Positions 46,160-56,823 are shown, counted from the stretch's first letter. The stretch: 64,000 bases of DNA from an uncultured Gemmatimonadaceae bacterium (GCA_963761305.1 CAVXGK010000002.1:2592001-2656000); one strand, 5' to 3'. The notes: a model not told the origin generated them from the sequence alone. Numbers and translations are program-made.

Positions 46160-48670
46160 TCAGACGACGACGTTGAGCAGTCGCCCCGGAACGAAGATGA
46201 CTTTCTTCGGCGTGCCGGTGACGAACTTCGCGATGGCCTGATCGGCGAGCGCGGCGGCTTGCGCGGCGTCCTGGCCGGCGCCGGTCGGGATCTGCACGGT
46301 GCCGCGTGTCTTTCCGTTCACCTGCACCGCGATCGTCACCAGATCCTCGGCCGCGATGGCCGGATCGAATGACGGCCACCCCGAGTCGAACACGCTCTGG
46401 TCGTGGCCCATTCGTTCCCACAGCTCCTCGGCGACGTGCGGCGCGAAGGGCGACACGAGCTGCACCAGCGGCTCGACTTCGGCGCGGTGCGCGGTGCGTT
46501 CCTCGCGGCGCACGACATTGATGTACTCCATCATCGCCGCGATGGCCGTGTTGTAGCTCAGCGCGGGAATGTCGGACGACACCTTCTTGATCGTCTGGTG
46601 GAGCTTGCGCATGACGAGCGGATCCGGCGTGCCGGTGGAGCCCGCGCCGTCGACCGACGCCCACAGTCGCTCGATGAATCGGCGAACGCCGGCGATGCTC
46701 TGATCGCGGAAGTCGCCGCCTTCCTCGTACGGGCCGAGGAACATGAGGTACGTGCGGAACGTGTCGGCGCCCCAGCGCTCGACGTACTCGTCGGGAATCA
46801 CGACGTTGCCGCGGCTCTTCGACATCTTGGCGCCGTCGCGCACGATCGTGCCGTGCGCGCGGAAGCGCGTGAACGGCTCCTCGAAGCGGAGCATCCCGGC
46901 GTCGTGCAGCACCATGGTCGTGAAGCGCGAGTACAGCAGATGAAGAACGGCGTGCTCGTTGCCGCCGATGTACGACTCGACGGGAAGCCATTTCTCCGTG
47001 CGCGCGGCGTCGAACGCGACGTCGTCGCGCTCGGTGCTCGGGTAGCGCAGGAAGTACCACGCGCTGTCGAGGAACGTGTCGGACACGTCGGTCTCGCGCC
47101 GCGCCGGTCCGCCGCACGACGGACACTTCACGCGATACCACGACTCGACGCGCGCCAGCGGCGAGACGCCGGTGTCGTCGGGCTTGAAGTCCTCGACGAA
47201 CGGCAGCTCGACCGGCAGGTCTTTCTCCGGCACCGGCACGGTGCCGCACTTGTCGCAATAGATGATCGGGATCGGCGGACCCCAATAGCGCTGCCGAGAG
47301 ATGCACCAATCGTGCAGCCGATAGTTCACGATCGCGCGCCCGTGTCCTTTGACGTTGAGCCAGTTGGTGATCTCACGCTTTCCGTCCTCGATGCTCGACC
47401 CGGAGAACTCGCCGGAATTCACAAGCCGCGCGCCGTCGATGTCCGTGTACGCTTCGTCGAGGCGCGCGTGCGCGGCGTGCGGCCCCGGGCCGGCGACGAC
47501 GCGCACGATCGGCAGATCGAACTCATTCGCGAACTCGAAATCGCGTTCGTCGTGGCCCGGAACGGCCATGATCGCGCCGGTCCCGTACTCCATCAGCACG
47601 TAGTCGGCGACCCACACCGGGATCGGCCGCTGCGTCGCGGGGTTGATCGCATACGAGCCGGTGAAGACGCCCGTCTTCTCCTTGCTGACTTTCCGGGAGA
47701 CGATGTCTTGCTTTGCGGCGCGCGCGACGTACCCCAGGACGGCATCGCGCTGCTCGTCGGTCGTCAGCCTGTCGAGCAGCGGATGCTCCGGCGCGAGAAC
47801 GAGATAGGTCGCGCCGAAGATCGTATCCGGCCGGGTCGTGAAGACCTTGATGTCGATCGGCTGGAGCGTGTACTCCCCGCTCAGCCCGATCTCGGTGGTC
47901 GCCGTCCCGGTGAGCTCTTCGAGATCCTGGACGCGAAAGACGATCTCGGCCCCGTCGGACCGGCCGATCCAGTTGCGCTGTGCCTGCTTGGTCGAGTCCG
48001 ACCAGTCCAGGCGATCCAGGTTGTCGAGCAGTCGTCCGGCGTAGTCGGTGATGCGGAAGAACCACTGCTCCAGGAACCGCTGTTCGACCCGGGCCCCGCA
48101 CCGTTCGCACTCGCCGGCGATGACCTGTTCGTTGGCGAGGACGGTCTTGTCGTTGGGGCACCAGTTGACGGCCGCGCCCTTCTTGTACGCCAGGCCGCGC
48201 TTATAAAGCTGTAAAAACAGCCATTGCGTCCACTTGTAGTACCGCGGGTCTGTGGTCGAGAGCTCGCGGTCCCAGTCGATCATCAGTCCGGCACGCTTAA
48301 GCTGGCGGCGGAAGTTGTCGATGTTTCTAGGGATCAGTGTCGCGGGATGGGTTCCGACCTTGAGCGCGAAATTCTCGGAGTGTATGCCAAACGCGTCATA
48401 ACCCAGCGGCTCCAGGACCGTGTGGCCCTGTAAACGCTGGAATCGTCCATAGATGTCGCTACCGGTGAACGCGAAGAGGTTGCCGACGTGAAGTCCTTCG
48501 GCGGACGGGTACGGGAACATCATGAGGGCGTAGAACGGCCTTATGCCCTGGTCGATGTCGGTCGTGTTCGTCCCGTGAGCCTCCCAGCGTTCCTGCCATT
48601 TTCGTTCGATGGCGCCGGGGTCGTAGCCCCCCGGCTCGGTGGCCGAGGTTCGTTCGAGTGGTTCAGTCAT
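46160..48670 (-). CDS. leuS: Leucine--tRNA ligase
   Basis: MFPYPS.EGLHVGN (HIGH), FTTRPDT and GTGAIMAVPGHD editing domain, RQRYWG, KMSKS, QVNGK. Confidence 0.97.
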   Translation of the reverse strand: MTEPLERTSATEPGGYDPGAIERKWQERWEAHGTNTTDIDQGIRPFYALMMFPYPSAEGLHVGNLFAFTGSDIYGRFQRLQGHTVLEPLGYDAFGIHSENFALKVGTHPATLIPRNIDNFRRQLKRAGLMIDWDRELSTTDPRYYKWTQWLFLQLYKRGLAYKKGAAVNWCPNDKTVLANEQVIAGECERCGARVEQRFLEQWFFRITDYAGRLLDNLDRLDWSDSTKQAQRNWIGRSDGAEIVFRVQDLEELTGTATTEIGLSGEYTLQPIDIKVFTTRPDTIFGATYLVLAPEHPLLDRLTTDEQRDAVLGYVARAAKQDIVSRKVSKEKTGVFTGSYAINPATQRPIPVWVADYVLMEYGTGAIMAVPGHDERDFEFANEFDLPIVRVVAGPGPHAAHARLDEAYTDIDGARLVNSGEFSGSSIEDGKREITNWLNVKGHGRAIVNYRLHDWCISRQRYWGPPIPIIYCDKCGTVPVPEKDLPVELPFVEDFKPDDTGVSPLARVESWYRVKCPSCGGPARRETDVSDTFLDSAWYFLRYPSTERDDVAFDAARTEKWLPVESYIGGNEHAVLHLLYSRFTTMVLHDAGMLRFEEPFTRFRAHGTIVRDGAKMSKSRGNVVIPDEYVERWGADTFRTYLMFLGPYEEGGDFRDQSIAGVRRFIERLWASVDGAGSTGTPDPLVMRKLHQTIKKVSSDIPALSYNTAIAAMMEYINVVRREERTAHRAEVEPLVQLVSPFAPHVAEELWERMGHDQSVFDSGWPSFDPAIAAEDLVTIAVQVNGKTRGTVQIPTGAGQDAAQAAALADQAIAKFVTGTPKKVIFVPGRLLNVVV

Positions 48671-48727
48671 GATGTGCGGAGTTACAGCGGAATCTAGCCG
48701 TCGATGAACCCACGTCCCAGTACGAGC

Positions 48728-50965
48728 ATGTTCGCAATCTCGCATTCCCCGGGTGGCCGTCAGTCGGCGCGTTCTCTGCGCTGGCGGATCCTGAGCCTGG
48801 CGGGAGGCGGGGCGCTCCTCGTGCTCGGCATCGTGGGCTACGCGGGACTCCTCATGCTGCAGAAGTCGATCGCCGGCGACGAAGACGCACGCATCGTCAG
48901 CTCGGCGTCGCTCTCCCAGCAGCTCGTGCAGCGCCTCCTCGCGGAGCGCGCGCGACAGGTCCAGCTCATCGCGTCCGAGCCGACGGTGATCGCCGCGGTC
49001 AAGAAGGGCACGGAGGTGTCGCGCGCGAAAGGCCTTGAGAACCACTCGATCGCTGACCTCGAGCAGATGTTCAAGGTCGCGCGCTCCCAGCAGGTGGACG
49101 ACAACGCTCTCCGTTACCTGAACGCGCTGCTCCCCAAGCTCGACATCGCCGAAGTCATGCTCACCGATGAATTCGGCTACAACGCGGTCACGACGTCCTT
49201 GTCGTCGGACTTCGTACAGAGTGATGAGGCGTGGTGGCAGGCGGCATGGGGTAACGGACTGACGACCGCGCAGGCGACGATCGATCCGGTCATTGGACGC
49301 ACGGTCGTCGAGCTCGCGGGTGTCGTGCGCGACGGCAACACGCGCGTCGGCGTCTTGAAGGTGAAGTTCGGTCTGTCGCTGGTCGACTCGGTCCTCGCAC
49401 AGGGCAGCGGCAGCGGCTCGAGCCTTCGCGTGGACCTCGTGGACTCAGCGGGCAAGATCATCGCCAGCTCCGGCCACGCCGCGCGCTTCAGGAACCTGTC
49501 GGGCTTCTCGACCGTCGCCACGCAAGACGCGGGGTCGGTCTTCAACTTCTCGGCCGACTCCATCCGGCAACGAGGTTCGGTGTTCGCGACGAACGCCGGC
49601 CGCTGGCGCGTCGTGGCGCACATGAGCGTCGCCGACGCGAGCCGCGCGTACAACGAGGCGCGCTGGGGACTGCTCATCGGGCTGTTGCTGATGCTCGCCT
49701 TGATCCTCACGTCCCTCTCGGTGGTCGGACGGTTCATCGAGCGACGCATCACCGGCCCGGCACGCGAGCTCGCGGTCGCCGCTGAGGCGGTCGCCGCCGG
49801 CGACCTGTCGAAGCAGATTTCGCAGACGGGCGACGAGGACGAGATCGGACGCCTCGCCAAGGCGATCGCCGCGATGATCTCCGAGCTGCGACGTCTGGCG
49901 ACCGCGCTGAACGAGTCCGCCGCGGAAACCGGCAGCATGACGGTCGAGATCACGTCGAGCTCCGAGGAGATGGCGGCGTCGGCCGGGCAGATCGCCCACA
50001 CGGCGTCCGATCTCTCACAGCAGTCGAGCGTGATGGCCGAGACGATTCAGGCGTTGGCCGCGTCGTCGGAAGACCTCGTCGGCTTGGCAGCGAGTCTGGA
50101 CGCCGGCGCGCACGAAGGCGTCGAGCGCAACGCGCGACTTCGCGCGCTCGCCCTGGAGAATCGCGCGCGTCTCGACGACAGCTCGCGCTCGCTGTCGACG
50201 CTGAGCGCCGACGTCGAGGCGAACGCCGCGGCGGTCGAGCAGCTCGCGTCAGCGTCGGAAGAGGTTCGAACGTTCGTCACTCTCGTACAAAAGCTCGCGC
50301 GCCAGTCGAAGCTGCTCGCGCTCAACGCGGCGATGGAAGCCGCTCGCGCGGGCGAGCACGGACACGGCTTTGCGGTCGTCGCCGAAGAGGTTCGCCGCTT
50401 GGCGGCGATGTCGTCGGACGCCGCCGAACGGACGGAACGCGTCGTCGGCGACGTGCTCCGAGGCGTCGCCCAGTCGCGCGCGTCGAGCGATCGGACGGTG
50501 GGGACGGTCCGTACGGTGCGAGACGCGACCGAACAGGGCTCGCAGTCGTTCGGCCAGATCGAGCACGCGGTGGCCGAGGCCGACACGTGGACCGGGTCGA
50601 TCGAGAATGCGGTTCACGCGGCGAGCAGCCTCGTGCGCGAGATGCGCGCCAAGCTCGACTCGTTGGCCGTTGGGACCGACTCGTTCGCCGCCGCGATGCA
50701 GGAAGTCGCCGCCTCGAGCGAAGAGCAGAGCGCGAGCACCGAAGAGATTGCGGCCGCCGCGGGCACGCTGTCCGGTGCGGCCGAGCGACTCACCGTGCTC
50801 GTGTCGAACCTGCGCCTCGAACAGCCGCAGGCACCGGCGCCGAAGAGCAACAACGACGACTTCAACGGGCCGCCCGGCGAGACACCGCTCGCGGCAGTGC
50901 TGCGTCGCGCGAGCCAGCCGCGCAGCATGCCCGCCGTTCGCGTCGGCAAGCCGCTCCGGGCCTAG
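48728..50965 (+). CDS. Methyl-accepting chemotaxis protein (Cache-like sensor, HAMP, MCP signal)
   Basis: Two TMs, DEIG.LA HAMP, LLALNAAMEAARAGEHGHGFAVVAEEVRRLA; start 48704 or 48728. Confidence 0.92.
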   Translation: MFAISHSPGGRQSARSLRWRILSLAGGGALLVLGIVGYAGLLMLQKSIAGDEDARIVSSASLSQQLVQRLLAERARQVQLIASEPTVIAAVKKGTEVSRAKGLENHSIADLEQMFKVARSQQVDDNALRYLNALLPKLDIAEVMLTDEFGYNAVTTSLSSDFVQSDEAWWQAAWGNGLTTAQATIDPVIGRTVVELAGVVRDGNTRVGVLKVKFGLSLVDSVLAQGSGSGSSLRVDLVDSAGKIIASSGHAARFRNLSGFSTVATQDAGSVFNFSADSIRQRGSVFATNAGRWRVVAHMSVADASRAYNEARWGLLIGLLLMLALILTSLSVVGRFIERRITGPARELAVAAEAVAAGDLSKQISQTGDEDEIGRLAKAIAAMISELRRLATALNESAAETGSMTVEITSSSEEMAASAGQIAHTASDLSQQSSVMAETIQALAASSEDLVGLAASLDAGAHEGVERNARLRALALENRARLDDSSRSLSTLSADVEANAAAVEQLASASEEVRTFVTLVQKLARQSKLLALNAAMEAARAGEHGHGFAVVAEEVRRLAAMSSDAAERTERVVGDVLRGVAQSRASSDRTVGTVRTVRDATEQGSQSFGQIEHAVAEADTWTGSIENAVHAASSLVREMRAKLDSLAVGTDSFAAAMQEVAASSEEQSASTEEIAAAAGTLSGAAERLTVLVSNLRLEQPQAPAPKSNNDDFNGPPGETPLAAVLRRASQPRSMPAVRVGKPLRA

Positions 50966-50988
50966 TCCGCAGTCGGCGTCTTACCGAA

Positions 50989-52950
50989 TCACTTAACTCC
51001 CTTCTCGAGAAAGCGAATCCATCCGCGATAGCGGACGGGCGTCCAGCCGCTGTCCGGCGGCGGCGCGCCGGCGTTCGGCCCGACTGACGCGATCGCCACG
51101 CGAGCGCCGGCAGCCGCGAATTCGCCGAGCAGTGAGTCCCGGCCGGCGTGCGAGAGGCGCCAGAACGCCGGCACGACTGGCGTCGGCACGCTCGCCACGA
51201 TCTTGAGGCGGCCGGTGCGAGCCCAGTATGAGTCGGCGTGTGGACCGATCACGGCGATGGGCGTTCCGGGGCCGATTCCATGTGTCAGCAAGTCGGCGGC
51301 GACATTGGCCTGCAGATTTCCCCACGTGGGTGAGCCGGCCCGGTCGAGCGCGGCGCGATCGTCGCCCAGGCGCGCGCCGAGGCGAAGGACGAGCAGCGTC
51401 GCGACCACCAGCGCCAGCGCGCCGCTGAAGTCGTGGGCAAACCGCACGGGATGCCACGCGCGAATCGCCGCGCGCGACATCGCCCAGAGAATCACCGCGA
51501 GCACCGCACCACCGAGGAGAAGAATCCCGGGAAACGCGGCAGGCAGGATTACGTGCGTTATCGCGGCGGCCGCGAGGACGCCGATCGCCCAAAGAAAACG
51601 CCGTCCACCCGTCCACCCGTCCACTCGTCCACCCGTTCCCAGCGCGCTACCAGCCAGCATCGCGCCGACGATCGACACGACCAGCGCCAACGCCACCGCG
51701 CTGCGGTCGTCGATCGATTCGAGACCGATCGGAATCGCCACGCCGACGAGCATCGCGAGGGGGTGTACGCGGCGCGGCACGGGCAGAGTTGCCAGGAGCA
51801 CGAGCGTTCCGGCGAGCGCGAACGCCATGAAATAGCGGGCGGTCACGAGCACCATGGCATAGCCGAGCATTCCGGCCGACACCGGCACGAGCACGACCCA
51901 CGTTCGTCGCCACGCATCACGGCGCGACGCCGCGGGAGCCACGGCGATGAGCAAAATCAGAAACAGGAACGGCGCCAGATTCTCGACGTAGAACCGGCCG
52001 GAAATCGTCAGCGACACGAACTGATCGTGCACGTTGAAATGCGGCGCGACCGGTCCCTTCCACCGATCGGGATCGAACCACATCGGATCCGTTCCCGGCG
52101 CGTCGCCGGTGACGCCGCTGCCGGGAAGGATCGCTTCCGTTCGCGCGGTGCGGGCGCCCATCGGTACCCCGCCGAGCGACGGCGCGTCCTCATGGTTCAC
52201 GTACCAGGCGTAGGTCATGCGGCCGGTGTCGCCGAAGGTGAGGCGCCGGACCGCGCGCGTGAGCGCCGCCGTCCACGGTCCGACGAAGACCAGAAACAGG
52301 ACCATCGCGGTCGCGACGCGGCCGAGGCCATGCTTGCGGAGCGCGATCGCCGCCACGGCGAAACAGACGATCGCCCACGGAATCATGAACGACTTGGCGA
52401 GACCGCCCAATCCCAAGCTCACGCCGAGAACCAGCGCCGCGGACCCCGCGTTGCCCGCCGACCGCTGAAGCCGGAGGAGCGCGCCCAGCGCCGCGAAGGT
52501 CGCCGCCGCCGCGAGCAAGTCGGGCGTGGTGAGCTCGATCGGCGTCAGCGTGAACGCGACGCAGACGAAGAGCGCGTACGCCGCGGCCCGTCCCCACGGC
52601 CCGCCCAGCACCGCGTGTCGCGTGTCGGACGCGATTCTCAGAACTGGCGTGAGGAAATACTCATACGCCGAGAATGTCGCGATGAACGCGAGGGCGTTGA
52701 CGACGTGAACCAGCGGCACTTCGGCGGCGGGCGTCGGGCGCGCGACGAGCCGCGCCGCGCCGATCAGCAGCGGATAGAGCGGGCTCCAGTAGAGATTCAC
52801 CAGGCCGCCCCAATGGCCGGCGACCACCGCGTCGCTGAGATCCAGATACGCGACGCCGTCGGGCCCGACGGCGTACCGCTGCGCGTACGCCTGAAATCCG
52901 GCGAGCGCGACGACGAGCACCCACGCGAGACCGCGAATCCCGCGCGTCAC
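50989..52950 (-). CDS. Polytopic membrane protein, GT-C glycosyltransferase-like
   Basis: PDG..YLD after TM1, YWSPLYP, TPD, many TMs, ARY motif, soluble C-terminal domain. Confidence 0.55.
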   Translation of the reverse strand: MTRGIRGLAWVLVVALAGFQAYAQRYAVGPDGVAYLDLSDAVVAGHWGGLVNLYWSPLYPLLIGAARLVARPTPAAEVPLVHVVNALAFIATFSAYEYFLTPVLRIASDTRHAVLGGPWGRAAAYALFVCVAFTLTPIELTTPDLLAAAATFAALGALLRLQRSAGNAGSAALVLGVSLGLGGLAKSFMIPWAIVCFAVAAIALRKHGLGRVATAMVLFLVFVGPWTAALTRAVRRLTFGDTGRMTYAWYVNHEDAPSLGGVPMGARTARTEAILPGSGVTGDAPGTDPMWFDPDRWKGPVAPHFNVHDQFVSLTISGRFYVENLAPFLFLILLIAVAPAASRRDAWRRTWVVLVPVSAGMLGYAMVLVTARYFMAFALAGTLVLLATLPVPRRVHPLAMLVGVAIPIGLESIDDRSAVALALVVSIVGAMLAGSALGTGGRVDGWTGGRRFLWAIGVLAAAAITHVILPAAFPGILLLGGAVLAVILWAMSRAAIRAWHPVRFAHDFSGALALVVATLLVLRLGARLGDDRAALDRAGSPTWGNLQANVAADLLTHGIGPGTPIAVIGPHADSYWARTGRLKIVASVPTPVVPAFWRLSHAGRDSLLGEFAAAGARVAIASVGPNAGAPPPDSGWTPVRYRGWIRFLEKGVK

Positions 52951-52959
52951 TCGGCGGCG

Positions 52960-54153
52960 CTATGGCTTGATCATGACGCCGCTGAGCTGCGGGGTCGGTT
53001 GTTCAGATTTCTTGTACATGTAGGCGCAGTCCTCGAGACGCGCGCCGTTCGCGTCGGCGACGGCGAACTTGGAGCCCTCGTAGCAGCACGCGCCGGCGTA
53101 CTCGCCCTTCTTGTTCACCGCGTAGTACTGGAGCTGGAAGAACGGCCGCCCATTGTCGGCGAGGAGGCGCTTCTCGGTCATCGCGATCACGCGCTCCATG
53201 ACTTTCATGAGCGCCTGCTGCGGCGGCATCCCCTGGCGCATGAACTCCACGGCGAGGAAGGCGCCGCAGACCTTGATGTTCGCTTCGCCGCGGCCGGTGG
53301 ATCCCGCCGCGCCGACCTCGTTGTCGCAGTACTGTCCTGCTCCGATGATCGGCGAATCGCCGACGCGGCCGGGAATCTTCCAGGACAGACCGCTCGTCGT
53401 CGTCACCGACGCGATGTCGCCGCTCGACGTGACGGCATTCATGTTGATCGTGCCATACGTGTACGGCACGCCGGAGCGGTCGTACCAAATGTGCACGTTG
53501 CTCGCTTGCTCGTTCTCGTCGCGCGTCGGGCGGACCGGCTCCGGCGGTTTCGACGGTTGATCGAGCCAGGCGTCGTTCGGATTGACGCGCGACTTCCACC
53601 GCAGCCAATCCTGCCGGCTCTGCTCGGTGAGAAGATTCTGCTCCTTGAATCCCAGTTCGAGGGCGAACTTCTTCGCGCCCGCGCCGACCAGGAAAATGTG
53701 GTCGGTGTTGTCCATGACGGCCTTGGCGACGGCAGCGGCGGTCGCCACGTCCTCGAGGCAGCCGACCGCGCCGGCCCGCTTCGTCGGACCGTGCATGCAG
53801 CTCGCGTCGAGCTGCACCACGCCTTCTTCGTTCGGCAGCCCGCCGAGTCCCACGGACTGATCGTTCGGGTTGAGCTCGACGATCTGCACGCCGGCGACGA
53901 TGGCGTCCAGCGGATCGGCGCCGCCCGTCATCATGTCCCACGCGACCTTGATTCCCTGCTTGCCACTCGGATCTCGATCGTGTCCGTTGGCCGCCGAAAT
54001 GATCACCGGACGTCCTGCGAACGACGCGGCGGCCGGTTCGGATCGATCGCGAACGACGATTCGCGGCATCGCCGCGGCGACGTTCGGAAGAGCGAGGCCG
54101 GCTGCGGCAGCGGCACCGGCACCGAGGAAATCACGGCGCGAGACGGTCATCAT
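52960..54153 (-). CDS. Tat-exported glycosylasparaginase / asparaginase-2 (Ntn hydrolase)
   Basis: SRRDFL twin-arginine signal; SVGLGG.PN..G.VQLDA, G|TI nucleophile, TTSGL..K.PGRVGDSP..GAG, STGRGE. Confidence 0.88.
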   Translation of the reverse strand: MMTVSRRDFLGAGAAAAAGLALPNVAAAMPRIVVRDRSEPAAASFAGRPVIISAANGHDRDPSGKQGIKVAWDMMTGGADPLDAIVAGVQIVELNPNDQSVGLGGLPNEEGVVQLDASCMHGPTKRAGAVGCLEDVATAAAVAKAVMDNTDHIFLVGAGAKKFALELGFKEQNLLTEQSRQDWLRWKSRVNPNDAWLDQPSKPPEPVRPTRDENEQASNVHIWYDRSGVPYTYGTINMNAVTSSGDIASVTTTSGLSWKIPGRVGDSPIIGAGQYCDNEVGAAGSTGRGEANIKVCGAFLAVEFMRQGMPPQQALMKVMERVIAMTEKRLLADNGRPFFQLQYYAVNKKGEYAGACCYEGSKFAVADANGARLEDCAYMYKKSEQPTPQLSGVMIKP

Positions 54154-54340
54154 CGGTCTCCGACGAAGAGGCAGTGACAGGCGCCTCAATGATACGTGCG
54201 CGGCGCCTCGCGGGCCATCGCCGCCCGCCGCGAGGTCGCCAAACACCGCGGGTCACCACACACCGTCTCCGCACACCGTGACCGTTCACCGCGCGGTCTC
54301 CGCACCCCGTTCACCGCACTCGGCGTTATCTTGTCCGGCG

Positions 54341-56227
54341 ATGTCCGCCACCGTTCGCGACCGGCTGCGCCAGACGCAGTTCCTCGAGGGACTCACCGAC
54401 TCGGCGATCCACCAGCTCGCCAAGGTCGTCGCGCCGGTCATGTACGAAGCCGATTCGGTGCTGTTTCACGAAGGATCGCCGCGCGACTTCATGTCGATCC
54501 TCGTCTCCGGCGCCGTGGCGATCGAAAAAGGACTGAACGGAAAGCCCGTGCGCCTGGTGACGCTGGGCGCCGGGCAAGCGCTCGGCGAAGGGCTGCTGCT
54601 CGACGAGCTGCCGCACGGAACGAGCGCGCGCGCCCTCCAGCGCACCGAGGCGTACCAGCTGACCATCGCACAAGTGCACGAGCTGGTGAAGGAACAGCCC
54701 GCGCTCTACGCGGCGTTGGTCGGTCGCGCGGCGCGATCCATCTCGCAGCGGCTCGCCGCGACCGACGCGACGCTCGTCGGACACAAGCGCACGCTCGGAT
54801 TCACCGGATCGCGCACGCGAAAGGAGCACGACCTCCTCGGCGAGCGCGACGTGCCTGAGGATGCGCTCTACGGCGTGCAGACGCTGCGCGCGCTGGAGAA
54901 TTTTCCGATCACCGGCATCGCGCTGCGCGAATTTCCGGCGCTCATCGAGGCGCTTGCCTCGGTGAAGGAAGCGGCGGCGGCGGCCAACGGCGAGCTCGGG
55001 CTCCTCGACCCCGCGATCGCCGAGCCGATCAAGCGCGCGGCGCAGGAAATCCGCGGCGGCCGCCATCACGAGCACTTCGTCGTCGACATGATCCAGGGCG
55101 GCGCCGGCACGTCGACGAACATGAACGCCAACGAGGTCATCGCGAATCGCGCGCTCGAGCTGCTCGGCAAGGAGCGCGGCAACTACGCGGCCGTGCATCC
55201 CAACACGCACGTGAACCTCAGCCAGTCGACCAACGACGTGTATCCGACGGCGGTGAAGCTGGCGCTGCACCACGCGATCGAAGAGCTGCGCGACGCGATG
55301 CGCAAGCTCGCGGACGCGTTCCTCGTCAAGGGCGCCGAGTTTTCCGCGTTCGTGAAGATGGGACGCACGCAGCTGCAGGACGCGGTGCCGATGACGCTCG
55401 GGCAGGAGTTCGCCGCGTTCGGCCACACGATCCAGGAAGACGTGGACCGACTCGGCGAAGCGCAGGCGTTGATCCGCGAGATCAACATGGGCGCGACGGC
55501 GATCGGCACGGGGATCACCGCGCCGGCGCGGTACGCGGAGACGATCTGCCGCGAGCTGTCACGAATCACGGGACTCACGCTCATCACCGCGCCCGACCTC
55601 GTCGAAGCGACGGCCGACACGGGCGCGTTCGTGCAGCTGTCGGGCGTGCTCAAGCGGTGCGCGGTGAAGCTTTCAAAGATCTGCAACGATCTTCGGTTGT
55701 TGAGCTCCGGACCACGCGCCGGCCTCGGCGAGATCAACCTGCCGCCGATGCAGCCGGGATCGTCGATCATGCCGGGCAAGGTGAACCCGGTGATTCCGGA
55801 AGTGGTGAACCAGGTGTGCTTCGACGTCATCGGCGGCGATGTCACGGTGACCATCGCGGCCGAAGCGGGTCAGCTCCAGCTCAACGTGTTCGAGCCGATC
55901 ATCGCGTACCGATTGCTGCGGGGCATCGAGACGATGAAGAATGCCTGCACGGTGCTGCGGGAGCGATGCGTCACCGGGATCACCGCGAACCCGTTTCGCA
56001 TGCGGCAGTTCGTGGAGCACTCGATCGGCATCGTCACGGCGCTGCTTCCGCAACTTGGTTACGAGCAGGCGACGTCGGTCGCCAAGGAAGCGCTCGAGTC
56101 CGGTCGCGGCGTGTACGACGTGGTCATGTCGCGCGGCCTGCTCACGCGCGAGCAACTCGACAAGGCGCTCGACCCCGACTCGATGACGGGCGGGGGCGGG
56201 GGCAACGGGGACGGTCGGAAAGCGTAA
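54341..56227 (+). CDS. aspA: Aspartate ammonia-lyase with N-terminal cyclic-nucleotide-binding domain
   Basis: LF.EG....M.IL.SG.V.I..GE..L cNMP pattern; then R.E.DLLG, YG.QT.RA.ENF, GGAGTS.NMN.NE, QSTND, GRTQLQDA, GSSIMPGKVNP. Confidence 0.9.
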   Translation: MSATVRDRLRQTQFLEGLTDSAIHQLAKVVAPVMYEADSVLFHEGSPRDFMSILVSGAVAIEKGLNGKPVRLVTLGAGQALGEGLLLDELPHGTSARALQRTEAYQLTIAQVHELVKEQPALYAALVGRAARSISQRLAATDATLVGHKRTLGFTGSRTRKEHDLLGERDVPEDALYGVQTLRALENFPITGIALREFPALIEALASVKEAAAAANGELGLLDPAIAEPIKRAAQEIRGGRHHEHFVVDMIQGGAGTSTNMNANEVIANRALELLGKERGNYAAVHPNTHVNLSQSTNDVYPTAVKLALHHAIEELRDAMRKLADAFLVKGAEFSAFVKMGRTQLQDAVPMTLGQEFAAFGHTIQEDVDRLGEAQALIREINMGATAIGTGITAPARYAETICRELSRITGLTLITAPDLVEATADTGAFVQLSGVLKRCAVKLSKICNDLRLLSSGPRAGLGEINLPPMQPGSSIMPGKVNPVIPEVVNQVCFDVIGGDVTVTIAAEAGQLQLNVFEPIIAYRLLRGIETMKNACTVLRERCVTGITANPFRMRQFVEHSIGIVTALLPQLGYEQATSVAKEALESGRGVYDVVMSRGLLTREQLDKALDPDSMTGGGGGNGDGRKA

Positions 56228-56259
56228 GCCGAGGACGAGCTCGACCCTAAGGAGTGTGC

Positions 56260-56658
56260 ATGGCCGGTCTACGCCTCGATTCCGCCGGAGTCAACAAGAT
56301 GAAGACGCTCGACGATGCGCTGCTGCATCTCCAGCGCATTCATGGCGTCGTCGAGCAGTACGCGATGGCGGTGAAGCGCAACCAGCCGGCGTCGACCTTC
56401 ACGATGAATCTTCGCCGCCAGCTTCCGTCGCTCGCCGCGAATCTGAAGGCGCAGTTCGGCATGGTCGCCGAGCAGATCACGGCGGTCAACTTGGCGACGA
56501 CGCGCGGGGCGAGTGACGCCCAGCGGGTGCGTGGCCTGCGAGAAGGCGTGGCGCAGGTGAAGCAGGCGCTCGAGATTGCCGTCACGCAGACGAAGGAGAG
56601 GCACGCAGTGAAAGAGGCGTCCGGCGAGAGCGCCGACGGGTCCGGCGAGCGCGCGTGA
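56260..56658 (+). CDS. Hypothetical helical protein
   Basis: AAGGAG RBS upstream; good codon usage. Confidence 0.7.
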   Translation: MAGLRLDSAGVNKMKTLDDALLHLQRIHGVVEQYAMAVKRNQPASTFTMNLRRQLPSLAANLKAQFGMVAEQITAVNLATTRGASDAQRVRGLREGVAQVKQALEIAVTQTKERHAVKEASGESADGSGERA

Positions 56659-56823
56659 TCGCCCCCGTAAGCTGCTGTGCGGTCAGCGTCTAGTTGGGTA
56701 TTTACTCGCTTGATCTGCCTCCCCTGAGCCGATAGGTTCCGCATGCTCGCCCCACACAAATTCGATCGAGCGCGTTGCCGGCGTACGGGCAGCGTGCTCA
56801 GAACGCCGGTACAAGGAAACGAC

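Noticed and set aside
56260..56658. HPt phosphotransfer protein
   Set aside because: Helical pattern only; the conserved H-x-x-K-G motif is absent
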